Assembly (NCBI GenBank): GCA_964016885.1
Contig: OZ024740.1
Span: 160,642,001 to 160,706,000 of the forward strand
Direction: 5' to 3'
From: Eledone cirrhosa
Taxonomy: Eukaryota
DNA: 64,000 nt
Shown here: positions 26,812 to 41,200 of the stretch, piece by piece
Position numbering within the stretch: position 1 is the first letter of the stretch
How the letters are laid out: each line of letters starts with the position of its first letter
Made by a program: the position numbers and the translations under genes
The notes under the pieces: model-generated
The model's database searches: none
Told to the model about the DNA's origin: nothing
Seen by the model: only the letters and a program-made list of their open reading frames with translations

Positions 26812-28513
26812 CCACTCGCCCACTGTTGAAAACCAAAACGTACCATCTCTACCACCTCTGACATCAAATTCTATAAAAACTATGGAAGTTACACCTGCAA
26901 TGTTGTGACATAACCTTAAGAATAAGTGCAACTATAGCTCTCCTGGTCGTGATGGTGTTATGTACCTGCTTCTTAAACATGTACTTTCTTCTGCACCAGC
27001 TTTCACTCTTCTTTCAATTGTGTCTCAACCACGGTGCTACCCTGAAGCAGTGGAAAACTGCCAGTGTCATTCCTCTGTTCAAAACAGGTGACTGCACGTC
27101 ACCTGTCAACTATTGTCCAGTCAGTCTTATTAGCTGCATTGCTAAACTGATGGAATCCTGTGTCAGAGAAACACTCTAGAACTTCTGGAATTCTCACAGC
27201 CTTATCCGGCCCTCACAATTTAGATTTATCCGTAACTCCACCTGCTGTGATGAACTTATCGAGTTTCTTGAAGACATCACCCGGATCCCTGATGGTGGTT
27301 CATGGGTGGATGTTGTTCACCTTGACTTTGCTAAAGCTTTCAATTCTGTGCCTCACAAAAGATTTATGGCAAAACACTCTGCAATGGGTGTAAGAGATGA
27401 TCTTTATAACTGGTTGAAGTCCTTCATTCTCAGTCAAACAGAGGTAGTCACAGTTCTAGGACAGCATTCTTCATCCTATAAGATGTCATCTGGTGTACTG
27501 CAGGGATCTGTTCTTGGTCCCTTTTTGTTTGTTCCATACATTAATGACATAGATGCCAACTTAGAGAGTGCCACAGTGCTGAAATATGCAGATGACATCA
27601 AGTTGTACATTGAGATAAAAAGGACAGATCCTGAAAATTATAGATCTTTCCTGCAATCAGACCTGGACACAATGCAGCAATGGATCACAGACTGGCAACT
27701 CAAGCTGACTGGATAAGTGTACCACTATGCATTTTGTGGGGGAAAACCCAGCGTCCACATACTCCCTCCACAACACTAATATGAAGAAGTCTTCTTGTGA
27801 ACATGACCTGGGCATTACTGTCAGCAGCGATTTGCGTTGGACAAACCACATCTCTAAAATTGTCAAGAAAGCCGAGGGTGTCTTTACATCACTCAGCAAG
27901 ACCTTTGTCAGCCACTCTCTAGCTATCTATTTAAAGCTGTATATAGCTATGGTGCAGCTACACTTAGAATTTACATCACCAGTCTGGAACCCCTATCTTG
28001 CTCAGAACATTGACCTCCTGGAAACTGTTTAGGAACATGCAACCAAGCAAATACCTTCCATCAGGCATCTATCATACTCTGAACACCTTGCTTCCCTGGG
28101 CATAGATACATTGAAGCTCTGACATCTGGCAACTGACTTGGTAAGCACCCACAAAATGATTAACCACCTTTCCAACAACAACCCTGAGCTTCTTTCTGAA
28201 TTCCATGAGTCTAACACCCATGGGAACGCCTACAAAGTCAGAAAACAGCACAGCTCCCATGACTTTTTGAAAAATGTGTTCATACTCAGAGTTGCTGAAG
28301 CAGTGAACAAACTACCTGCATCAGTTGTTAGCTGCCGGGACACTGCATCGTTTAAAATCTCCATGCTTCCTGAAATTCGCCAACACTACATCTGATACCC
28401 CCCTCCATACACATGCACACATTTGTACATTATTCTATGTACTGTACATGCACATTTGATGAGTTGTAGTGCACCTGAGCACTGTACACAATAATTTCAT
28501 TATCATTATTATC
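26812..28513 (+). mobile_element. CR1-clade LINE, 5' truncated, decayed RT and 3' UTR
   Basis: WKTASVIPLFKTGD..NYCPVSLISCIAKLME, DVVHLDFAKAFNSVPH, SGVLQGSVLGPFLF, KYADDIK and HLEFTSPVWNPYL; 3' end GTAGTGCACCTGAGCACTGTACACAAT followed by (ATT/ATC)n. Confidence 0.92.
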
Positions 28514-28586
28514 ACTCTAATCTCAAATGCACTGTTCTACACAACTGGAAAGTACTTGAAACTACCTAGGGGGGCATAACTCCTAT

Positions 28587-28655
<69 letters not shown>

Positions 28656-29959
28656 GATAGAGTAAAAATTATGAGCTGAAAATTTTCAGTTCAATGGGAT
28701 TATCCTTGAAATTTAATGACCAGAATGCTTTTTGGGAAGGGGACAGAATTATTAGAAATCTAGCAACACCATGTAAGTTAAATAGCTCTAACAATATCAA
28801 TTAAACTACTCTTGCCAAGAGAAATACAGTGAACCAGTCACTGGCCCGTTAGAAATCTCTGACCAATGGTGCGAATCTTCACTAATTGCAATATGAATAA
28901 ATGTAGACCCAAGAATTGGATAAATGTTCTACACTTTAATTAAAAAGCACTTGGAAGTAGACCATGAAATCTGAATTGAATAGTTATTCCTCATTAATTC
29001 TCTTAGGTTTTATTTGCTCTTATTCATAATGTGTGTTTCTTTTTTTTTTATATATATGTGTGTGTATTGCATAGGTTTTGTTGTATGTATATGTTTAGTT
29101 TTGAATAATATCTAAATGTGTATATATACACACACACACACACACAACCACATCGCCCGTTGCCTGTCACTTCAGCTCACCTCCTCATTCTGTTTCCCAC
29201 CTGTGGTGTTCTTTTTCCAATCTGTGGTGTTCTTTTTCACAATATGTTTTACTATCACATAGAACATCTCACTTTCCACCGTTGTTGTTCTTTTCCATTT
29301 GATATGAACAGTGTAATGTTGTTTACATAACTGTATCTTAACATGCTTTCATTTCACATCCTACCACCAGACATCCTTTCATTCCACACCCTATCATATC
29401 CTATTTGCACCCTAGCATAATATGCCATAAACACTCCCCTATACATATATATACTTCCCACACTCCATCCAGCATTCCTCCACATCCATACATCCACATG
29501 GTTTGCATATATCACGTGTTTACATGCATCAACACATAAATATACTTACCAACTCTACTGCCAATTGTCTAGACCTCCTTGTATATCTCTCTCCCTACAC
29601 ACAGGTTACCTCTCTTCTTTCTCTTTCTCCTCGCTACTTTTCTTCCTTACTCCCTTCTCCCTCTAACTCTCTCCTTACAAATTCCTACCACTGTCTAGTT
29701 CACTGCTCCCAGACCTTGTTTACAGGTAGACAACTCAAATTCTTGTAAACTTCTACACATACTGGTTATCTTCTTCTCCCTCCTCAACCTTTCCCTTGCA
29801 TCCTTTCTTTCTCTCTCAACTCTCTCTTTCCCACACCTCTTCTCATTTTTTCATACCACTATGTAGTTTGACACTCCCAGTCACTCCTCTCTGCTCTTAC
29901 TGCCACCTTGTTTGTTTGTCTATTTCTCATTCAAAAGGATGTAGCGAATTAAAGCAATT

Positions 29960-30155
29960 CAATATTATTCAGTGGAGGGAAGACGCAGTAGAGGTAGACC
30001 ACGGAAAACAAGGGCGGAGGTGGTGAGAGCAGACCTCAGATCGCTGAAACTCACCAAGGGATGACGAAGGACCGTGACAAGTGGAAAGATGCTGTGCTGA
30101 ATAGGACCCATCCAACCCTTGCAAGTAGGGAAAAGCGGACGTAAAATGATGATGA
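29960..30155 (+). mobile_element. RTE LINE extreme 3' end carrying tail type A
   Basis: Remnant of the GRPRK.W..VVRADL..MTKDRDKWKDAVL coding end directly followed by CCAACCCTTGCAAGTAGGGAAAAGCGGACGTAAAATGATGATG. Confidence 0.75.
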
Positions 30156-30449
30156 ATACTCTTTTCTTACTCTACTTTGACAAATGGTTTGACCTAAAAT
30201 GTCAGACTTTTTTCTTTCTATCTAGTATAGATATTTCCACTGTACACACATTGTTTCAATCTCAGTGCACATTGTAAAGAGGTTGCTATAGGAAAGGCAT
30301 CCAGGCTTATAAACCATACCAAAACTGGAATGCTTGAGGGAGGTGTGATCCTCCAACCTATCAAAGATAGCAGTAACTCTGAATAAAAATCTACTCCGAC
30401 TTTAGTGATATGCCCAAATTGCAGCAGCATTGAAATCAAACATAAAATA

Positions 30450-30600
30450 ATTATTTCTACATTTGGTATAAGGCCAACAAGTTGAAGGGAAGGCAAATGT
30501 CGATTAAATCAATCCCAGAGCATGACTGGTACATTATTGACCCCGTAAGGATGAAAAGCAAAGCAATTTCGGCAGGATTTGAACTCAGAATGTAAAGAAC
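30450..30600 (-). mobile_element. SINE family 2 copy, partial
   Basis: GACCCCGTAAGGATGAAAAGCAAAG..GGATTTGAACTCAGAATGTAAAG. Confidence 0.75.
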
Positions 30601-32051
30601 AGTAATGATGATAAGAAAGTCAAGTTGAGATAACATTTCATTGAGTGCATCTCTAATGCCGCTGTGATATACATGACAACTACACTTGTGTCTTGCCAAA
30701 AAATAGATGATATTTCAGTATGGTAATCATGATAGCAGATGCTTCAAGACTGAATAGTTAAAAAGGTCCTTTGCATGGCATCTTGGTCAAGTACCATTTC
30801 CCACACCCTTGGATTGTACCGAGGGTTCTGAGCAATATTGAATACATGGAAACTGTTTGTAAATCTATCAGATGGACTGTACTTGAATTTAGAGGGTCAA
30901 TATTGTCACTCAACTTTGTCACTCTTTGAGAATTAATTTAAGAGTACACATGACTATAGTATGTTTGGCCACATGTACGTTAGTTTAATGAGCAGATTGT
31001 TCTGTTGATCAATCATCTGGAACACTCATTATTGAAAGTGACAGAAGGTCATTCCAATCACTACAAACCCAACTCACTGCTCTTTGAAAATTCCAACAGA
31101 TAGCTAAGTGGTAATTGGAATACACACACATCCTTGTTATTAGTGGAATGATTAGTTGAATTAAGTTACTGGATTGATAAATGAACTACCTATAGTTTTG
31201 AAAGAGTCTTACCCAATTAAGTTATTGATCATTATGTAAGTTATTGATTGCCTATTATTGTAGCACAGCTGTAATATGATTTTAATTTAGAAATAGCAGT
31301 CAGTACAACTCATAAAGCATTGTAACACTTTCATACTGCTTTTTGTAATTTGACTGAAACTATGTTGGGACTCCCATTTCAAGGGTTTTAGTCAATCATA
31401 TGAAAACTGCCTTCTTCACTATTTAGTTTTAGAACCTATTCCATTTGAATGCACTAGTCAACAAATTGGCAGACTTGTTAGATTGTCAGTTTAAAGGCTT
31501 TATGATATTTGTTCTGCCTCTCTGTTCTCCGACTTCAAATCCCACCCAGAGCAACTTTGCTGTACATCTTTTTAGGATTGATAAATTGAGTATCAGTCCA
31601 CAGAGGTGGATTTGTAGGACTGTTAGATCATCAAATAAGATGCCATGATGTATCTCTTTCCTTCAGACAACATAGGTGGTATCGATGATGGGAGACTTTC
31701 ATATATGGATGATTACTGGTCTTGCATGAAAAAAGTTTGTGCAGGAACTTTCCATTGAAGAACTTTAGTTTCACAAAAGGTTCTAAAGAAGAATATTATC
31801 TTGTTGCATAAAGGGAGATAACTTGATACACTGATTTACAATAATTTATACACACAGGCTCATAGATAAATGCATATATATTACAAAGATTTTCAATGAT
31901 TTTCATACAGTTTCCATCTACCAAATTTCACTCTTGAGTTGTGTGTAAATACTTTCTCAAAGTTCCACACAGTGGAACCAAACAGAATCATATATTTGTA
32001 AAACTGAATTCTTACTCACATGACTTTGCTTGCACCCAACTCTGCATCTAT

Positions 32052-32054
<3 letters not shown>

Positions 32055-32124
<70 letters not shown>
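32055..32124. repeat. (CT)n microsatellite
   Basis: Directly visible. Confidence 0.97.
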
Positions 32125-32131
<7 letters not shown>

Positions 32132-33624
32132 TCATATATTCTTAACATTGATCTTGTAAAGAAGTTGGTTCGTAACTAAGAAAGAGAGAGAAATTCAACT
32201 TCATTATAATTGAGACAGCAACTCTTTATATAATAAACTATTCGTATATACTTATTGTTGTTATATTAAAATAAATATTAGGTTAGGAACAAATTTACTC
32301 ACTGAATTTCAGAAATGTACTTGTTTTGTAAGTGACATGATTTGAGACTGTTATGTTGTAACTGAAGCAATTACATTGTGGAAGTTGTTAACCATTAAAA
32401 CAAACACACACACACCACACACACATGCACACACACACACACGCACGCATACACACACTAATGTGATGAAAATGTTGACACCATAAAATAGGTGAAAAGT
32501 GAATGTCTTTTCTCTTTTGATGGCTAAAATGACGCTTTCATAAAATAGCTGCTGGAGTTATTTAACTAGTCTTGAAGTTTAGATAATGTGTTGCTGGTTA
32601 CAAAGAATTATATATGTTTGCTCACATAAAAGGACTACAAATATTAGATGAGGTGTAGTTGAATAATTGATTATTGTCATTTTAATGTTTTTCTTGTTTA
32701 TTTTGTTTTATAGCCATAGGTCAGCCTTGATCAAAGATCTTTGAAAAATTGATAAATTCACTTTGCTTTTATCATATATTTCGTGATGTCAAAATTTTTG
32801 TTGCACTTTTGCATATGAACTAGGTCAGTGAAAAGGTTGCAAAGTGTGCAGCAAAAATGTGGATAACACAAAATAAATGATAAATGTCAAGTAAATTTAA
32901 CACTTCTATTATATTCAATAACCATAATATAACTCTGATTTTTTAATTATCTACTGTTAGATGTTTGCTTGTAAAAATTGAGTCTCAACACAAAATGTCT
33001 ATGAAATATAAAGGTTATCAGGCAGAATCAGTGTGCCACAATGTAACAAGGCTGGACTTTAGAATTACTGGTACAATCCAAAGATAAAGGGAGTGTGTGG
33101 GAAGAATTGACCAAGTTTGGGTTTGAACTCAGTGTGCAGAGAGCCAGAATGACTATCACAAGACATTCTTTGCCAATGCATTACCCCTTTTAAACCACAT
33201 ATTTTAAAGGGTTTCTACGTAAAGTAAAACATTCCATTATTTAATTATGTTATATTACCAATACCATCTAAGTAATGAAATACTTAAACATTTTAGTAAA
33301 TACCTCCAAATTCTTTATTAATTTAATCAAATGCAATGTATTTCATTAGGAATATGGTAATGAATGTGCTAACGATTCTGCCGATTAATCTGCTCCCTTG
33401 TTCCAATGGTTTCTGGGTATCTCATATGTCCATGGAACTGTATCTGGAAAGTTTCTTTTAAAGATGCAAGCCTGGGCAAAGTTTTGTTTATGTGTCAAAG
33501 ACCAGATGTTTCCCATGTCTACAAGTCTGCTCTCTCCATTCTATGAAGTCCAATGGGAAAACAATGTCCAATTTCAGCTACTGCAAGGTATAATGTGTGA
33601 CATTAACAAATTTCCACCAATCCA

Positions 33625-33765
33625 CCACCCTACATTGGTACTTTATTTATCAACCATAATAAGATGAAGGGTAAAGTTAACCTAAAGTGATTTGAACTCA
33701 AAGTGTAAAGAACCAAATCAAATACTGGAAGGCATTCAATGCTCAGAAGATTCTGCCAATTAATT
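33625..33765 (-). mobile_element. SINE family 2 copy, diverged
   Basis: TGGTACTTTATTTTATCAACC..GATGAAGGGTAAAGTTAACC..ATTTGAACTCA..GATTCTGCCAATT. Confidence 0.65.
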
Positions 33766-35599
33766 TGTCACTTGAATATATGTGGTAAAGAAATAATCTC
33801 ATATAACTTTATTAAAGTTTCCTGTTTGTTGTATTAAAGTATTTAAAGAGTCAGCTGTTTCTGAAGTCTGTCATTTAAAACATTTAGTTATGTCATGTTT
33901 TGTGAGAAATATTTTATTGGGATACACAGACTTTTACCAAATAGCCATAATAATAAAGGAAATGTATTAAAGTCTTATTATTTATACTCATCCACACTTA
34001 TACACCCATACATATAGATATGCACACACACACGTAAAATCATGCACATATACATACACTTATATAGACATACCCACAAACACACTCACATATAGAGACA
34101 TACATGCACACCTGCATGTATAGAGACATAGATGCACACTTGCATATATGGAGACACACATGTAGACACTTATATTATCAAACATGCGTGCACTCATACA
34201 CATCGCCAATGTGGGCATTCAGGTTTTTATTTTTTTTAATTATTCTTTATGCATTTTACATTACAAATAAAAAATGAAATGTCTTTGAATGCTAAAAATT
34301 GCATTTAAACAATGATAAATGACTGGCTCATTCCTCAGAAAGAAGCAATACTATGTTCTCATAAGAGTTTTAATGTTTTTACTGTTTGAAATTTGCTTCA
34401 ATGAAATATTAAATGCTCGCATACATATCTCATTGTGTTAAATCATTTAAACTATACAAATAACTTCATATTACCTATGCACTTTTTAACAGAACAAACA
34501 AAGACTTTCCTGCAATACTGCCAATTTTCAGAAAAATTTATCAACAAATAAAAACACTTTAAAGATTAGAATAAACAAACCAATTTTTAAACATTTTCTG
34601 CTGAAACATTGCAAAGCTAAGGATTTGACATGGAAATTTTTCAATGGGATATTAAAAGTTATACATACACATTTAATGACCAGGTTTTATTTATAAGGAA
34701 TTTTAGGACTGTAAAAGTTTTTGAGGCATGCACTATAATCCAGTATTTCTAACTCTAAGTTTGAGAAGAAATTTTAATGACTATTTTAAACATTTTTTTC
34801 TTTTAAGTTTTTTAACCATCATTTACTCTGTAAGAGCATGTAGTATTTGACACAATATGTGAACTTACTGAGCAAGCAGAGGTGAAATTGTATGTTAAAA
34901 TAATCACTGCCACTAACACACATATATAGTGAGTCTCAGTGGTAAAGAAAAAATATTTGCAGATCATTGATATGCATTAGCAAGATGCATATACTAAATT
35001 GTAGTTATATGTTGTATATCAGAAAACTATAGAAGTGAGAATCTTTCAATAAAGTCAACATCTTCATTTTTTTTTCTTAATTGTTATTTATATCACTGTC
35101 TCTTTTCCATTGTACCTTGGTATCACTGTCTCTCTTCCATTGTTCACCCCTCCACTTTGCCACACTCTTACTCCAGTCACAGTTTCCTTCCTGATAGTCT
35201 TTCTCTTTTCCCATACTCTGATCTACCTTCTGTCATTGTTCTCCTTTCTATTCACTATATTGGATATGTTGAATTGAATGAATAAAGACAACTTTGAGTA
35301 GCCCGCAATTTGAATCTTGTGAAATTTAAGGTACTCTCTTCACGAGTACTGGCACCACAATAAAATGCACCCAACACACTGTAAAGTACTTGGAAAACAA
35401 ATGGAGACAACATAGTGTTGAGAAGCTTGATCATGTTGATGTTTGTAGGGAAAAGTGGGGAAGAAAAATAGTTCCAGAGATGTGTGATACTGGAAAAATA
35501 ATATTGAGAAAGGGTTTAGTATAAGATTACAGAAGAGGGATATAAAAGGGATGATGATTGGAGGATGTATCTGAATGAAGGTATCTGCGATTTCTTGTA

Positions 35600-35870
35600 G
35601 GTCAACTTACTCATCCTCACTGGCTCAGCTATGAAAGGCTTATGAAATTACAACAAAAAGTTTCTCTCACCAGGAGAAAGACAGACTGCTGTATGAAGTA
35701 TGCAAAATTAAGATATTGCATAGTTGTAAAACATGTTCACTGAATCTAGAAGATATTCAGAAATTGGAGAGAAATGAGATGAACATTATCTATTGGATGT
35801 GTAATATTAACATACATAAGAAGTAAAGCACAAACAAACTGCAAGAGTAGCTGGACATTAAAAGTGTAGA
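35600..35870 (+). mobile_element. Highly decayed RTE C-terminal fragment
   Basis: Remnants of TTKSFSL..KDRLLYE and KLERNEMNIIYWMCNIN matching the C-terminus of the RTE family. Confidence 0.55.
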
Positions 35871-36158
35871 AGACTTATAAACATATAAAGCAAATAAGTA
35901 AATATTAATATTCATGAATGAAATAAGATTCAACACAGTCAGTATAAATGTTTGAAAGAAACCTCCTTAACATCAACATATATGTACATGTGTGTAATTA
36001 AGAATATGGATGCTAAATTAAAGTATGTGTGTGTGTGTGTATGTGTGTGTGTGTGTCATTATAATAAATCACATGATCACCACTTTGTATGTCAAGAAAA
36101 TACTTGTGTTATGAAGGATGATAAGAAAACATAATTTTCTATGGATACTATGGTAGTG

Positions 36159-36200
<42 letters not shown>

Positions 36201-37835
36201 TGGGTCAAGGCCCCAACAGCTGAGCTCTTGCCATTTCAATAGCTAGTTCCAATAGACCCAGGGCTCAAAACCCCAACAGCCGTTCTGAGTATTACGGTAT
36301 AAAAGGGGAATTTAGTTCATTTCCACACACTCAAGGAGGTAGACAGACTCAGGCATGCTGAGTGTAGCTAGAAGAGTCCTCACTGCCAACCGGTGTCGTA
36401 ATATATGCCATGTATTCCTACTTATCCATACTAGTGAAATTAATGATAAAGACAAGAAGTATCAAAACTGAAGCAATGCAGGATTTAATGAGACAGGAAA
36501 ACCTATACACAATCCCTAGCTGCCCCTAGTCAGTCTTAGATTCATATTGTATGTAATCCACATAGGCAAGATACATACATTCAAACGAGGCTATCACTAT
36601 AATAAGAAGACACTATTGTATATTATAGAGCGAATCTATCCCAAGGAGGTAGGGGGGTAATTAATTGAATAAATATACATATAGTTAATGGTAAATATGT
36701 GAAAGAGATCATGAAACGTATTTAATTAAAGGAAAGTATAATGTATCGGGGACATAGAAAGTAAAAGTATTTAGGTAAAGGATGAGTTAATTGTCTAAAA
36801 AAATCTAATCGTAAGCATATACAGAATGGTAGTCATGGGAGTAAAAAATATATAAAATAAAAAATATAAAATATAAGATATAGGAATCCAAAATAACAAA
36901 TTGGGTGTAACAGAAAAACAAATAAACAGCAGAGCTAAAAAAACAGCAAAGCTTAAAAACAATGAAGTTGAAAAATTAATAATTAAGTTTGAAAGTTATA
37001 TAGTTTGAGGAGTATAGATAGAAAAGAATAGAATAAAAGATAAGGATATAGGAATCAAGGTGATATCAGGTGAGATGTAGTGTATGGTTTGAGCTGTAAC
37101 CATTTATGTAAATACCTAGAAGCCAAGAACCATAACAGTAAAATGTCCTGAAAGCCTCTTGGAATGGGTTTACATTGGTATACATCTATTATGCAATTTG
37201 CACATGAAAATGTCACCAGGTTCTTACACAACCTGGCCACATAGTGTTTGTAGAAATAAATAGTTAAGGAAATTTAACATATTTGGCCTCCTGTCGTTTT
37301 ACTTTATAATACATTTAATTCTGTTCCCCCACCACCATCATGATTCAACATCAAAGATGCATGCATTGCATAACGTTGAGTGCTTTTCTCTTATTACGTG
37401 ATGGTTAACATTGCAGAATCACCAATTCTACCCAGTAGTAAACCACAAAGTTTAAATGTATATATATATATATATATCCCCCCCCCCCTCTCTATGCCTC
37501 TCTTTAGGATTGCTGCCCTGTCTCTAACCTATCCAACCTCATTCAATCTGAAAATATTGAAGAGATAAGACATTTTTCCATTCTTCTCTGCTAAAATGTA
37601 TCATTAGAGTTGATTTCAATTCGTTCCAGCCATCCATCCATACTAATCTTCGAAGGTATTTTAGTCTATATATTGTTGTTAATATTAATGCTGTTTTATC
37701 GATAAATTTTCGAAGGTTTCTTAATAGTTTTTATGACGTTATTATTGTTAATTTTACTGGTGTATTAACTTGGATATTTACCATGCGGTATTCTAATTCT
37801 ATTGTATCTCTCTCGGTTATTTACCATGCGACCCT

Positions 37836-37992
37836 CAGTGCCTACCTCACAATTTCCCTCCCACCCACCCCCACAGGGCCTACCTCACAATTTCCCTCCC
37901 ACCCACCCCCACAGTGCCTACCTCACAATTTCCCTCCCACCCCCCACCCCCACAGTGCCTACCTCACAATTTCCCTCCAACCCACCCCCACA
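37836..37992. repeat. Four tandem copies of a ~38 bp C-rich unit upstream of the RTE ORF
   Basis: CAGTGCCTACCTCACAATTTCCCTCCCACCCACCCCCA repeated 4 times with minor changes. Confidence 0.95.
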
Positions 37993-38209
37993 CACCACCA
38001 TAGCCTATTCGACCAATCAAACCTCAGCATGCCATTTCCACTGCTGCTGCTGCTACTACCTACCTAACTAACTCTCTCCTCCTCTGGCGCAGCCCAACAC
38101 ACCCTGCCATTACCCCACCACCACTGTTCTTCTAGCCCTCAATTTTCCCACCGTTATGGATGGATGAGCTGAGAATACATTTGAGCAACTCTGAATCAAT
38201 AGATGAAAT

Positions 38210-41200
38210 ATGAATCTGCGAGCTACCAAGCACCCACGTGAAGCGCCAACCCAGAGACCCTCCCCTACGAGTGTCGACAAATGCCCAAAACACCGAGTTG
38301 GTACCATCAATGTAGGCTCAATGAAAGGAAGAGCAGGAGAAATCGTAGAAATGCTAGAGCGAAAGGAAGTTGATGTATGCTGTGTGCAAGAGACTAGATG
38401 GAGAGGAGAGTCTGCTAGAGTCCTTGTAGGAAAAAGCCAGTGCTACAAATTTTTCTGGGTGGGAAATGACGATGGGATAGGTGGTGTAGGTATACTATTA
38501 GCTGACAAGTGGGTAGATAAAGTAATCTCAGTGTACAGGGTAAATGCAAGAATCATTAAACTCAGACTAGTCCTGAATAAGACAATTACCACAATAATAT
38601 CAGCTTACGCACCCCAAACGGGGCTGCCAGACGAACTTAAGGATAGGTTTTACGAGTCCCTAATACACACTACTGCTCTAACAGACGACAAGGACTTCCT
38701 AATCATCGCAGGAGATTTTAACGGACATGTAGGTAAACACTGCGACGGCTTCAATAGAGTACATGGAGGCCATGGAGTTGGCACAAGGAATGAGGAAGGA
38801 TTCAGACTTCTAGAATTCTGCGACGCCAATGACATGTCGATATGTAACACAGACTTTAAAAAACCCGACAACCACCTGATCACCTATAGATCAGGGGAGC
38901 ACTCTAGTCAGTTAGATTTGATCCTCATCAGAGGATGTGACAGATGGACGGTCGTAAACACAAAAGCCTTCCCTAGTGAGGAATGTACATCCCAACATAG
39001 CTTAGTTGTCAGCGACCTCACGGTCAGAACTAGACGAACCCGGAAACAGAGGCCAACCTGGAGAAGAAAGATCTGGAAGCTGAAAGTCCCCTCAACCAGT
39101 AACAGATTTAAAGATATTTTACTCAATGCCTACGACAGTAAAGAAGAACAGATACAGACATTTAACGTAGAAGAGAACTGGGAGTTCCTAAAAAATAATT
39201 TACTAGAGGCGACGGATGAGGTCTGTGGCTGGAGTAAGACCTCAAGCAGGAGGAGAGTGACTTGGTGGTGGAACAATAAGGTAGATGAAGCAGTTAAGGC
39301 CAAGAGACAGGCATGGAAAGAATGGAAGAACGTGGGGAGCAGGGTACATTACATAGAGACCAAGAGGGAAGCTAGGCGACAAGTATACTTAGCTAGGAGG
39401 GAAGCAGAGGATAGAAAATTCAAGCATGTTTTACAACGTGAGGACCAGAAACAGGAGGTATTCAAGATTGCGAGGCAGTGTGTCAGAGATAGTTGTGATG
39501 TCATTGGAGAGAAGTGTATCCAGAATGATAAAGGTGAGCTTGCCCTCACAAGTGCTGAGAAGGAAGATGCATGGAAGAGTCATTATGATAGATTACTAAA
39601 TGAGGAGAATGCATGGGAAGAAGAGACCCTACCCCAAGTAGACCCTATAGAGGGACCAGCAGTACAAGTCAGCAGCAGCGTAGTAAGTAAGGCAATCAAA
39701 GATATGAAGATGGGGAAGGCAACCGGTCCATCGGGTATAGCTGCCGAGATGCTGAAGGCATCTGGGTCTGTAGGTCACACTATAACCACACGTATCGTTA
39801 ACCAGGTAATACTAGAAGGGGCCATACCAAAAGATTGGTGCAGTAGCATCATTGTCAACTGCTACAAAGGTAAAGGCGATGCACTAGATAGAGGAAACTA
39901 TAGAGGTATAAAGTTGATGGACCAGGTCATGAAAGTAACAGAAAGAGTTATAGCACAGCTGATTAGGGACCGGGTGAATATAGACGAGATGCAATTTGGG
40001 TTTGTACCAGTAAGAGGCACCACTGATGCCCTCTTCCTTGTGAGGCAATTACAGGAAAAGTACCTAGCTAAAAGTAAGCCACTCTACTTGGCATTTGTCG
40101 ACCTTGAGAAAGCCTTTGACAGAGTTCCACGTGCGGTAATCTGGTGGGCTCTTAGAAAACTAGGAGTAGATGAATGGCTTGTGAAAGCGGTACAAGCCAT
40201 GTATAGGGGAGCAGTCAGCAAAGTTAGGATTAACAATGAGTATAGCGAGGAATTTAGCGTACAGGTTGGGGTCCACCAGGGCTCTGTTCTTAGCCCTCTC
40301 CTGTTCATCATAGTCCTGCAGGCAATAACGGAGGAGTTTAAGACCGGATGCCCATGGGAACTCCTGTATGCTGATGACCTCGCACTCATAGCTGAATCTA
40401 TGGTAGAACTAGAGAATAAATTCCAAACCTGGAAGCAGGGACTAGAGAGAAAGGGTCTCAAAGTCAACATGACAAAGACTAAGGTCCTTGTAAGTAGACA
40501 AGAAAACAGAACCCAGATCCCCTCAGGGAAATGGCCTTGCTCAGTATGTAGGAAAGGTGTAGGTAGGAATTCCATTCTCTGCCCCAAATGCAAACAATGG
40601 GTACACAAGAGATGTAACGGGATCTCAGGAAGCTTAATTAAGAATGTAGGATTCACATGCAGCAGCTGTGCTGAAACAGCAAGCAGCAAACAGCCACAGG
40701 AAACAAGTACCACCAATCTCTGAGAGGGCCCTGTAGAAACAGTAGACAGCTTCTGCTACCTAGGTGACCGAATTAGCAACGGAGGTGGGCGTTCAGAAAG
40801 TACAATAACTAGGGTAAGAACGGGATGGAAGAAGTTTAGGGAACTACTACCACTGCTAGCTGCAAAAGGCTTCTCCCTCAGAATGAAAGGCAGACTGTAT
40901 GATGCGTGTATCCGAACAGCGATGTTGCATGGTAGTGAGACCTGGGCGCTGAAGGTGGAAGACTTACGTAGATTAGAGAGAAACGAAGCCTGCATGTTCC
41001 GATGGATGTGTAACAGTAATATACGTGAACGACAAAGCATAAATGAATTGAGAGAGAGACTGAGCATAAGAGGAATCAAATGCTGTGTGCAGGAGAGGCG
41101 GTTGCGCTGGTATGGACATGTGATGCGTATGAAGGATGACAGCTGCATAAAAAGGTGCAGAGCACTAGAAGTTGATGGGAACCGCGGAGTGGGGAGACCC

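Noticed and set aside
36198-37270. Possible further Penelope-like 3' end on the minus strand
   Set aside because: Architecture is suggestive (TA-anchored end, low-complexity spacer), but I could not recover a convincing GIY-YIG peptide or ribozyme core.
37836-37992. CRISPR-like regular repeats, also considered for 10740-11230 and the 3' UTR units
   Set aside because: Head-to-tail tandem units without unique spacers, no cas genes, eukaryotic context.
40721-40723. Programmed readthrough or A-to-I recoding of the RTE in-frame TGA
   Set aside because: The sister copy has a sense codon here and neighbouring codons also differ, pointing to a local mutation. A 5' G neighbour is also unfavourable for ADAR.
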